A DNA stretch of 64,000 nt from Polyangiaceae bacterium. GTDB taxonomy: Bacteria > Myxococcota_A > Polyangia > Polyangiales > Polyangiaceae. Where the stretch lies: NCBI GenBank assembly GCA_050290545.1, contig JBNKHV010000211.1:13463-77462 (forward strand). The letters run 5' to 3'. Shown one piece after another: positions 1 through 8,351 of this stretch (position 1 is the first letter of the stretch; every line of letters starts with the position of its first letter). Made by a program: the position numbers and the translations under genes. Under the pieces are notes generated by a model, which made no database searches, was not told the DNA's origin, and saw only the letters and a list, made by a program, of their open reading frames with translations.

Positions 1-912
1 GTCGAGCTTGATGCCGGCCATTCTCCAGAGCAAGGTCCGCGTGTGGTCATCTCCTGCTCGCTCCAAGGCGGCTTTCCAGTCCGCATCTTCCAGCGGCCGA
101 AAGTCGGAAGCGGTGATGCCCGCGAGCAGCGGCGAGCCGACGTGAATGCGCGCCAGCTCCAGGTTCGAGCCAGCAATGTCGCCGCTGTGGCGCAGGGCGC
201 CCGCTAGGTAGTGGCGCGCTCGCCAGGCGAGATCAGTCGAGGGCCCATAAAGCTCGGGCATCGAAGCCAGCATCTGCTGCACTTCTTGCCAATGGCGTGC
301 GTAGAACGTCGTCCGCAGGCGCAAGAAGGCGTAGCGCTGCAGCATGAAGGCATCGTTCTTTGCGGCTGCTGCCGTCTGGGCCTGCACCAGTGTCTTCAGT
401 AACTGCTGCTCGCTCTCCGGTGACATCACGGTCGACAGTTGCGCGATTCGTTCGACCTGCCGCGCGTGCAGCAAATAGGAGAGTGCCGACGAAACGAGTT
501 CACGAAGCTCGGGCTGCCTCTGCACCGTCACGTTGATGGGGCGCAGCATGGTGGGCGCCTCGCCGCCCCGGAGGATGCAACGTTGCAGCGCCTTGAGGTC
601 GACCTCCCGAGCGTGGAACAGGGCCTGCTCCCAGTTGGCGGTGTCGACCTGGCCCGAGAAGTAGCGGTCCCAATCGGCCTGCATCGCTCGCCGTTCGCAC
701 TCACTGCAGCGCGCGCCGACCCCGTAGGTGTTGACGTCGTATTCCAGAGCGACGTCCGGCGCTTCACCCGCTACGCTGGGGTCGAAGGTCGTCAGTTCGG
801 CCATCGTGGGTGGACCCCAGCCGCAGGCATTCGCGCTCCGGGCGCCATCGCCGCCCAAGATCAACGCCACCACCACGAGCAGGGGAGTGCTAGCGAAGCA
901 TCCGAAACGCAT
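1..912 (-). CDS. secreted hypothetical protein, partial (3' end lies beyond the window start)
   Basis: Minus-strand frame 1 is open from an ATG at 910-912 to the window edge. The translation starts MRFGCFASTPLLVVVALILGGDGARSANACGW, which gives a signal-peptide-like hydrophobic core, then continues as a plausible protein with coding-type codon bias. It is absent from the ORF track only because no stop codon lies in the window. The + strand ORF 439-1062 over the same DNA looks like an antisense shadow. Confidence 0.6.
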   Translation of the reverse strand, partial: MRFGCFASTPLLVVVALILGGDGARSANACGWGPPTMAELTTFDPSVAGEAPDVALEYDVNTYGVGARCSECERRAMQADWDRYFSGQVDTANWEQALFHAREVDLKALQRCILRGGEAPTMLRPINVTVQRQPELRELVSSALSYLLHARQVERIAQLSTVMSPESEQQLLKTLVQAQTAAAAKNDAFMLQRYAFLRLRTTFYARHWQEVQQMLASMPELYGPSTDLAWRARHYLAGALRHSGDIAGSNLELARIHVGSPLLAGITASDFRPLEDADWKAALERAGDDHTRTLLWRMAGIKLD

Positions 913-2025
913 GGTCCAAGTTCGCAACGTGGTGTCGCTCGAGGTTCTTGTCGGAGAGATCGAAGAGCGCCACGGTTCGAGGCGCTTCGTCTGGGCTCAG
1001 GTGTTCGGCGAGCAAGTCTCCAGCCGTTTGCAGGTCCGCTGCGGTCAACGTTTCCCCTTTGAGCACGTCTCCCTGGCGCAAGAGCGCACCGTGAAGGAAG
1101 GTGGTGCGCAGGACTTCGTAGCGCTGTGACGGTAACGAAGGAGCGAGCTCGTTCGTCGAGCCATTCCCATCTGCCGATGGCTCGACGGCACGCAGGAAGT
1201 CGAGCTCCTGCAGCTCCGCAGGGTCCGTGCTCTGCAGCAGTCCAACTACGCGCTCCCCGCGCAGCTGCAGCGTCCAAGACCAGATCGGCAGGGCGACGTC
1301 CAAGGGCAGCGGGTACTCGCCGACTCGCTCCAGGTAGCGCGCGGCGATGTTCGCGTCGAAGATAGCACGGTCCTCAGCTTTGCTGCTGAACTGGCCCATG
1401 TTGTAGAACATCAGCATGCCGCGCTCCACGGGGGGCACGCCCGTGCGCTCACGAAACTTCACTTGGTGCAGGCGGATCGTGGAGGACAGCTTCAGGCCGG
1501 GCGGGCCCACGGCACGCAGTGCTTTGACGAACTCGAAGAATCGCTCTCGCGTCGTGTCCGTCCAGTCACAATCGACCTGTAGTTCGGCAATCGCTGCGTT
1601 GCCGTCGGGGAGCGCTAACGGCTGCCACAGCGCGAGCACTCGTTGCCAAACTCGAGCTGCGAGCTCGCGCGTCTGCGGGGGCGTCAGCCTGGCGAACACC
1701 TGGTTGCGCAGGAAGACCACGGGCACGACATGGAGGGCTCTGGGGAGACTTGCTTCACGCACTCGCAGCTCGCCCACGAAGCGGGCGGCCCCAGCGTCGT
1801 CAGCCACGACGTCGAACGCGCGCAGGTAGACTCTGTCCGCGTGCAGGTCGCGTAGGGCTTGCCGTTCACCTCCCGAGAGCTCCAACGTCGAGCGCCAATA
1901 GTAGAAGGCCCGCGTCGCCTCCGGCTTGGGAGCATCGTTGCAACCCGCCAGCACGCCCACGAGCAAGAGCGCCGCGAACGTCATGCAGCATCGCCAGAGC
2001 AGCGGCTCGATGGGCCTCCGAAGCA
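890..2025 (-). CDS. hypothetical lipoprotein
   Basis: Long minus ORF. The best start is the ATG at 2025, giving MLRRPIEPLLWRCCMTFAALLLVGVLAGCNDAP (signal peptide plus lipobox LAGC). An alternative ATG is at 1985. No family recognised from sequence. Confidence 0.7.
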
Positions 2026-2289
2026 TCGGCGTCACCCTGGCACAAACGCGTCTTGCCGTCAGAGCATTCCGTCTGCCCTGGGCCTTGCGACGCGTGTCCA
2101 CGCGCGCGTCGCAAGGTGCCTGGGCCACCGGGGTGCGAGCTCGAGCTCCGCCATCGCGCAAGCGTGCCGCTGAAACGCGAGTGCCAGCGTCACTGACTGC
2201 GCGAGGGCACCGGGCAAGTGTCGATGCGGGTCCCGTGCCGTGCACGAGCGCGCCTCGGCGGTGCGGCACGTGGCCACGTCATTGTGAGT

Positions 2290-2835
2290 TCGAATTCCGC
2301 GACGTGCGAACACGCGCCCCGGAGGCGACGGCAATGTGCTCTGTCTGTGCGAGGGCGCGCGCTGGCGGTGACGATCGCCCGCCGCGTGGGTGCAATCGCA
2401 AGCCCGCCACCTGCGCGGGGGTGCCCGCTGGCGGCGACTGAGTGCCGAGTCCTTGCGAGGGCGCGCCGCCGAGATGTCGGTGCGCGCCTCGTTTCTGCGC
2501 AGGCTTGCCGGACAAGCGTGAATGCCAGGTTCAGTGGACGCGACAGGGTGCCAGGCAAGTGCGCACGCCAGGTTCAGTGGTGCGCAAGGGTACCGGCCAA
2601 GTGTCGACGCGAGGCCCGAGTCGTGCGCGAGCGTGTGTTGGAGGCGACGGTGGCGTGCCCGGTCAGTGCGAAGGCGCGCCGAGCTGCTGCGAGGGGCTCG
2701 CCGCGTTCCTGCAAAGGCGTGCCGAGTCGTTGCGTAGTGCGTGCCGCTTCTCTGCGAACGCCCGTCGGTCTTGTGCGAATGCCTGCCGCTTCTCTGCGAA
2801 CGCCCGTCGGTCTTGTGCGAACGCCCGTCGGTGGG
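2290..2835. repeat. degenerate tandem repeat array (~43-bp period) in intergenic DNA, with a near-perfect 37-nt unit duplicated at 2743-2779 and 2785-2821 and a partial third copy to 2831
   Basis: Recurring TGCGAA/TGCGAG/TGCGCA cores roughly every 40-45 bp. Exact repeats include gccaggttcagtgg at 2524 and 2567, and gccgcttctctgcgaacgcccgtcggtcttgtgcgaa at 2743 and 2785. The ORFs spanning this region on both strands (2059-2892 minus, 2218-3261 plus) translate to repetitive R/A-rich junk. Confidence 0.75.
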
Positions 2836-2898
2836 GCCAAGCCGGTGGAGCTTCACTCTGCTGCCGGCGCACGGCCCCGTGCGTTCGCTCAAGCTGGC

Positions 2899-4582
2899 TC
2901 AAGGACAGACGAAGCGCTGGAGCATCGGTGGCGACGCGGGGGCGTCAGCGCCTGCGGTACCGTCGTAGGCGATGAAACCCAGCGTCCGGCCGTCGACCGT
3001 CACGAAGGGATCGCTGTCGGCCGCGCGACGGCCCGCGAGGTCGTGCACGATGGCGGGGTCAAAGTGAACCAACATGTCGCCGGTGTGGACCGCGAGTTGC
3101 GGCGTGGCATCTTCCTCCGAAAAACCGAACTCGACGAAGTCGGCGATCTGATCACCGTTTGCGTCCACCACGAATTGCAGCGGCAGGGCTACGCCGCCAC
3201 CCAGTTCACGATTGTCCAGTGGGAAGAACACGGGTTCGAGACCGCCGGCGTCGAGGAATGAGCCACCGGAGCGGAGCAACCAGTCGACCTCCGCCGTGTC
3301 GTTCGTGGTTTCACTCAGCACGGCCAAGAGTGGCGGCCCACGCAAGAATTGCGCGCCCCACAGACGGTGCACCCTCGTCGTCGCCACGCTGAGGGGCAGT
3401 GGGTCTTCGACGTTGCCCAGGCTCTCGACCCGCCAGCCATTCGTGTCGGCATCGTAAGTCTGGAGCCAGAGTCTGTCAGCGGAGTCGCTCACCCGTTCGA
3501 AGGCGAACTCCCCGTAGAAGAAGCCAGCGCCCTCGAAGCTGTCGTTCCCCAGCGACCAAGGGTAGGATTGTCCCAGAGTGAGTTCCGGCGCCGCTTCCGT
3601 CCCTTCGAAGATCATCACTCCGATCTCGGCTTCGATCGCCCCGTCCGGTGTTCGGTCGTAGCCCACCACCAGATCGGGTGCCTCGTCGCCGCTCACGTTG
3701 GCGACGCCGACCTTGACGATGGAGGCCCAGCCACCAAGCGTGCTTGGCGCGTAGCCGTGGACCAGGACTTGCTCGAAACCGGCTGGCGTGTTTCGCAGTG
3801 CGATGAGCCAGTTCGTTCCCTCTGCGACGAGGTCCGAAACCCCATCGCGGTCGAGATCCAACACATGTAGGCGACGCAGCTCCGGGCCCACTTCGGGGAT
3901 GGCGCAGCGTTCGTGGACGAAGCGCACCTCATCGCCGACCAGCTCAGAGACCCAGAGGTTGAACGGCTCCGTCTCGAGATCGCTGCCGACCGTGCGATAG
4001 AACAAGTCGCCGATCCCATCCAGGTTGACGTCATAACTGAACGCGAGGCGTTGCTCGTCCGTGGTGGTGTCGAGTTCGAGCAGCACGGGCTCGGAGAGCG
4101 ACGACAGGCAGCTTTGTCGTGTCCAATCGATCGGCGGCGACACGAAGCCAGTTGCGTCGCTGGCGCGCGTCGCACTCGGGTAGGCGCAGTGGCTCGGCTC
4201 GTCGCTGCTTGCGACTCCGGCATCAGTACTCGCCCCTTCGCCAGACGCTTCGCGGACCGAATCGCCATCGGTCACAGCAACGTCCGGGATTGCAGCTTCG
4301 TCGGGTTCGGGTGCTTCCGGGTCGTCATCGGTCGAGGGGGACTCTTCGGCACGGCTCGAAGCGGGCGGTCCTGCATCGATGGAGTTGGAGTTGGGCGCGC
4401 TGCCATCTGCCGCCCCACTTGCCGGTACCTCCAGGCTCGCGTCGGTGCAGCGCTTTCGAACACAGCGTTCGGCAGATGGACAGTCGTCGTCTGTTCGACA
4501 GCTGAGCCAGTTGCTCTCCCCACCCGTTTCGGCTGTTTGACCACCGCAGCTCACGACCAGCGCGAGAGCCTGCAACCACATG
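2899..4582 (-). CDS. FG-GAP/VCBS-like repeat lipoprotein with an N-terminal Cys-rich module
   Basis: Start ATG at 4582 gives MWLQALALVVSCGG (signal plus lipobox). The N-terminus has a CRTDDDCPSAERCVRKRC motif. After an acidic linker come repeated DLDRDGVSDLV / DANGDQIADFV / NLDGIGDLF motifs typical of FG-GAP beta-propeller blades. Confidence 0.75.
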
Positions 4583-4679
4583 GCGGGACGAAGCGTCCCG
4601 CGCGCTTTCGTCGAGCAGCTTCGGGTCGATGCGTTTCGCGAGGTCCGCGCGTTCGCGCTGTTGCTGGGTTGGGATCTCA

Positions 4680-5696
4680 TCATGTCTCCGAACTGTGCTC
4701 CTCGTCCTCCACCTCTTCGGGGCTGACATAGGTCTGCCCGACGTAGGCGGTGAAGCGACGTCGCTTCGTTTCGTCGGGTGCTCCGTGCGCTTGATTGTGC
4801 TGCTCGACGCGCTGTCGCAAGTCCACGGCTTGGGCACGCACGCGCTTCAAGAAGCCCGCCACTTCGTCGTGCAGGGGGTGATCGTCGGACACGTCGAAGC
4901 AGTAGGTGCTACCTCCGACCCAATCATCCGCGGACGAGCGCGTCTGCGCCGATTGAACCTTGCGACAAATCGCGGTGACGAGCGCTTGATAGTGGTCGAA
5001 GACGGCGGCCTCCCAGCCCTGCCGATCGCCAACAGGGATCAAGTAGTGGCTCGATTCGTAGCGCGCGGTCCCTTCGGCCTCCGAGACCTGGGCGCGACCG
5101 TCGGCGACCAACTGAGCGAGTGCCGCCTCCAGTGCCAGCTTGGGAGCGGGCACGGTTTCGTTCAGCGCCTGCGCATTGATGGGGCCGAAGCGATGGATCG
5201 CCACCCATAGCAGCGCAGCCAGACGCTCCTGATCGTCCGGGTCTTGGTGGGGTCGATCCTCTTCGGTGGTTGCCCGGTAACTCGTCGCATCACCTCGACC
5301 CGTACGCGTCAACAGCTGAGACTCCACGAGATCCGTCAACACTGCGCGCACCAGGGCGCTGTCGTCCCCGCTGAATCGCTGCAGCACCCGGGCCCGTAGC
5401 ACGGGTCCATGCTCCTGCACGAAGGCGAACACTGCTTCCCAGATCGACTGACCGCGGAAGGTTGCACTCTCCGACAGACGTTGAACGCGGTTGTGATAAG
5501 TGCGGAGCGCGAGACCGAACATGTCCGCGATCACCTTGTTACCGAGGCCCTGCTGTTTGAGCTCCTGAACCAGGCTGGTGAACACCTGATTGGCGGTACG
5601 CGCCAGCGGTGCACGAGTGCCCCCCGCCGTCGCCAACTGAGCGATCAGCACGGTGGTTTGGCGAACAATCGCGTCGATGAGGAGCGGGACATCCAT
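4680..5696 (-). CDS. putative DNA-binding protein with N-terminal Fis-type HTH (paralog of 39582-40568)
   Basis: 338-aa ORF. The N-terminal segment ADMFGLALRTYHNRVQRL matches the Fis-family HTH pattern (LGxSRxTLYRKLK-like). Additional helix-rich segments resemble winged-helix modules. Clear paralog further along the window sharing LATAGG, ADMFGL.LR.Y, WEAAVFDH, GGSTY and LRQRV..HN.AH blocks. Confidence 0.7.
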   Translation of the reverse strand: MDVPLLIDAIVRQTTVLIAQLATAGGTRAPLARTANQVFTSLVQELKQQGLGNKVIADMFGLALRTYHNRVQRLSESATFRGQSIWEAVFAFVQEHGPVLRARVLQRFSGDDSALVRAVLTDLVESQLLTRTGRGDATSYRATTEEDRPHQDPDDQERLAALLWVAIHRFGPINAQALNETVPAPKLALEAALAQLVADGRAQVSEAEGTARYESSHYLIPVGDRQGWEAAVFDHYQALVTAICRKVQSAQTRSSADDWVGGSTYCFDVSDDHPLHDEVAGFLKRVRAQAVDLRQRVEQHNQAHGAPDETKRRRFTAYVGQTYVSPEEVEDEEHSSET

Positions 5697-5832
5697 GGGC
5701 GGGGCACAGCCGAAGAGAATTACGCGCCCGAGTCACCTCGGACAGCGCTCGGGCTAGGCTCGAAGACTATGGGGCCCGCGCCTCACTCGGGAGTGAAAAA
5801 ACTGGCACGGCCACGGGGCCAGGTGCGGTGTC

Positions 5833-6354
5833 TCAGCCCGCTTTGGCGCACTGGCGCTCGTGCTCGACACGCATCGACTCGACCAGAGCGTCGAGTTCGC
5901 GTTCCGAGACGGTGGCCCGCTCGGTCGCACCGCCGCCGTCCAATCCGGATACCCAACGGCTGCTCTCGCTGACCGTCGAGAATATCTTCTGTGGGTACGG
6001 GTATCTGGCGACGAGCGAGATCAACGTCAGCGCCGAACGCACGGCTGCTGCCGCGAAACCAGTGCCTTCGACGACGTAGGAGACACCCCGGACCTTGTCG
6101 TTGTGGCGTGTCATCACTTTGCGAATTTCCGCCTTCGCTTCTTCCGATGGCGCGGGGGCCACTCGAGAAATCACGGTGTAAACCACGAGACTTCCACAGA
6201 GGCGTACGATCCTATCCGCCTCTGCTGCCCACGCAGCGAGGTAGATCGCCGAAGGTGGAGCCTTGGTGAACGTCACGATCACATCTCCAAGGGTTCGGAC
6301 GCAGTGGTCGTCATCGATGTAGACAGGTTCCGACGGATGCAGTTCGGTGCGCAT
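5833..6354 (-). CDS. hypothetical protein (173 aa)
   Basis: Clean ORF with coding-like composition, same strand as and upstream of the Fis-HTH gene (137-bp gap). No recognisable motif. Confidence 0.5.
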   Translation of the reverse strand: MRTELHPSEPVYIDDDHCVRTLGDVIVTFTKAPPSAIYLAAWAAEADRIVRLCGSLVVYTVISRVAPAPSEEAKAEIRKVMTRHNDKVRGVSYVVEGTGFAAAAVRSALTLISLVARYPYPQKIFSTVSESSRWVSGLDGGGATERATVSERELDALVESMRVEHERQCAKAG

Positions 6355-6485
6355 TGGATTGCTCCCCAGACGTATACGGCCCCTGGGGCGCGGGACTTAA
6401 ATGGGTCCTCCACCCGGGCACCCAGGCAACGGCTGCAAGACGAAGAGACGGGCGCCGAGCCCCGGGCGAACGCTCGAGCCAGTTG

Positions 6486-7808
6486 CTAGAGCGATGAGAG
6501 GAAACTCCACACTTCCTCGGGCATCCACGACGAGTTCTGTCCCGCGTCGTTGGGCAGTGGTGTGTGACCTCCATCGTAGGGGCACCACATGACGGGGTAT
6601 TCTTCCGCACACCCCTCGTACTGGGTGCACAGGTGCCCACCCGTGGGGGCGGCTGGTAGCGTCTCGACGTTGCAACCTGCCGCAACGGCGAATACTTCGG
6701 TCTGTCCCAGTTGACCTCCGCCACCACTTTCTTGTTGGCCCAGTGAGCCGAAGAACGGAATGGGCTCGCAGGTGGCGGGCGCAGCGATACCCCCGGCAGA
6801 GTGCGCGACTGCGGCAAGGAACACTCCCGGTCGCTGGCAGGCGAGCTCTCGCACCATGGCGCCCCCCTGACTGAAGCCCTGCACGACGACGCGCGCCGTG
6901 TCGATGCACAGATCGGCTTTCACCTGCTCCAAAATGTCGTCCACGAAAGTGATGTCGGTGTCGATGGACCAGCTTTGATCGACAGCTTCCGGCGCGATGA
7001 AGATCGTGCTTCCTTCGGACAGCTCATACAACCCGAGAAACGCCGGGTTGCCAGCGATGTTGGCAGGTGTGTTCCCGAAGCCGTGAAACCCCAAAATGAG
7101 CTGGTATGGGCGAGTTCTGTCGTAGTTCTCCGGCATGCGAAGCACGTAGCGCCGGGCCGTGCCACCGCTCATGACGGTGTTGTAGTTGTACATGTTGGTG
7201 GAGGGACTGTTCTGCAGCGTGGGCTCCGTACCGCAGCCCGACGATGTCGTCGACTCCTCCGGTTGCCCTTCAGGGACAGCCCCACCGACACCTTCTGGCA
7301 TTTCGTCGCCGGGAGCGCCAGCGGTGCCTTCCGGAGAATCGCCAGCTGTGCCACCTGCTCCTGCCACACCCTCCGGCGCAAGCGGAGTCGTGTCTGGATC
7401 TACCGCGCTCGGCTCGTCGGCGGCGCCCGCGGCATTCTCGCCAGCTTCGGCGTCGTTGGTCCCGTTCGTGGTGTCGGGCGCGCTTTGGGCTTCAGGTTCA
7501 CTGCCGTTCGTCGTGGGACTGTCGGACCCTGCCGCTCCGCCTGCCGTGGAAGTGCCTGGGCTCGACGGGCCCGCAGGCGCATCCGACCCTGCTGAACTCG
7601 CGCCCGCAGGCGCGGAAGCACTGACCGCGGCAGCGTTGACGCCACCACTCGAACCCATGGGCGTCGCGCCTCCCGCTCCAGCGGAGCTATCGGCGGCGTC
7701 GTCAGACGCGCACGCGAAGGCAAGTGTCGTCGGCAGTGCGGTGAGTGCTGCGAGCGCGACACGCTGCCAGCGATGCGTTCCTGAGAATGAAGGCTTGACG
7801 GGATACAT
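6486..7808 (-). CDS. secreted esterase lipoprotein, PHB-depolymerase/LpqC-like alpha/beta hydrolase
   Basis: Signal plus lipobox (LAFAC). A long Ala/Gly/Ser/Pro/Glu low-complexity linker precedes a C-terminal catalytic domain with LILGFHGFGN and a GxSxG nucleophile motif VVQGFSQGGAM, as in the PHB depolymerase / esterase_phd family. Confidence 0.8.
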   Translation of the reverse strand: MYPVKPSFSGTHRWQRVALAALTALPTTLAFACASDDAADSSAGAGGATPMGSSGGVNAAAVSASAPAGASSAGSDAPAGPSSPGTSTAGGAAGSDSPTTNGSEPEAQSAPDTTNGTNDAEAGENAAGAADEPSAVDPDTTPLAPEGVAGAGGTAGDSPEGTAGAPGDEMPEGVGGAVPEGQPEESTTSSGCGTEPTLQNSPSTNMYNYNTVMSGGTARRYVLRMPENYDRTRPYQLILGFHGFGNTPANIAGNPAFLGLYELSEGSTIFIAPEAVDQSWSIDTDITFVDDILEQVKADLCIDTARVVVQGFSQGGAMVRELACQRPGVFLAAVAHSAGGIAAPATCEPIPFFGSLGQQESGGGGQLGQTEVFAVAAGCNVETLPAAPTGGHLCTQYEGCAEEYPVMWCPYDGGHTPLPNDAGQNSSWMPEEVWSFLSSL

Positions 7809-8351
7809 GAGTCTCGACCTCGAGATGATTCATTGCAATGAGTGGCGCGTTTGGGGTTTACGACGGGGACGGGCAGAGTCCGGAATTTAGCATGCCAATA
7901 GGGGCGTTACGACTACCTGCGGTCCGACTGCTGCGTTCGCAACGGATCTTTCGCTCTGCCAATCCCGCGTGTCGAGCCGACAACCGTCATTGGACAACAT
8001 GCTGTCTTCCGTTTGGCGACTGAGCTAGACGCGTCTCGGGGGGGGCGTGAGCTTAGGTGGCGGGGCTCTCCAGTGGTCCGAGCAAGCCGCCTACGCGACA
8101 AACGTCGTTTCCATGCTGGCACACGCACGAAGTGTACGCTTACACAAATCCGATGCCCATTTGCGCGTCGACGCACGATACGACGGCGGGAGACAAGGGG
8201 AACGCCCGTCCAAAAATGCTCGAAGAAGACCGCGAAGGGCGTCAATCCACCAAACAGCGGCCGAGCTGCTGCTGGACGGGGTTGCGAGTTGTTGCGGGAT
8301 TGACTACTCGCAGGAGCTGTATTCTCCTAACACCGAGGGGCATCGAAGCGC

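Noticed and set aside
439-1062. 207-aa + strand ORF, plus neighbouring 211-402 and 728-1129 ORFs
   Set aside because: The translation is Arg/Gly/Ala-rich and non-protein-like. It lies antisense to a much better minus-strand gene (1-912) with a signal peptide. This is a typical high-GC shadow ORF.
2059-3261. Long ORFs on both strands across the 2.0-2.9 kb region (277 aa minus, 347 aa plus, and others)
   Set aside because: They span the tandem-repeat intergenic region. Their translations are repetitive and R/A/C-rich (RSQRSGRHSHKTDGRSQRSGTHY...) and mirror the DNA repeats, so they are not genes.
8100-8140. Sigma-54 promoter candidate (TGGCAC...) upstream of the biosynthetic operon
   Set aside because: TGGCAC is present at about 8117 but the required TTGC(A/T) element 5 nt downstream is absent (the sequence is ACGCACGAAG).
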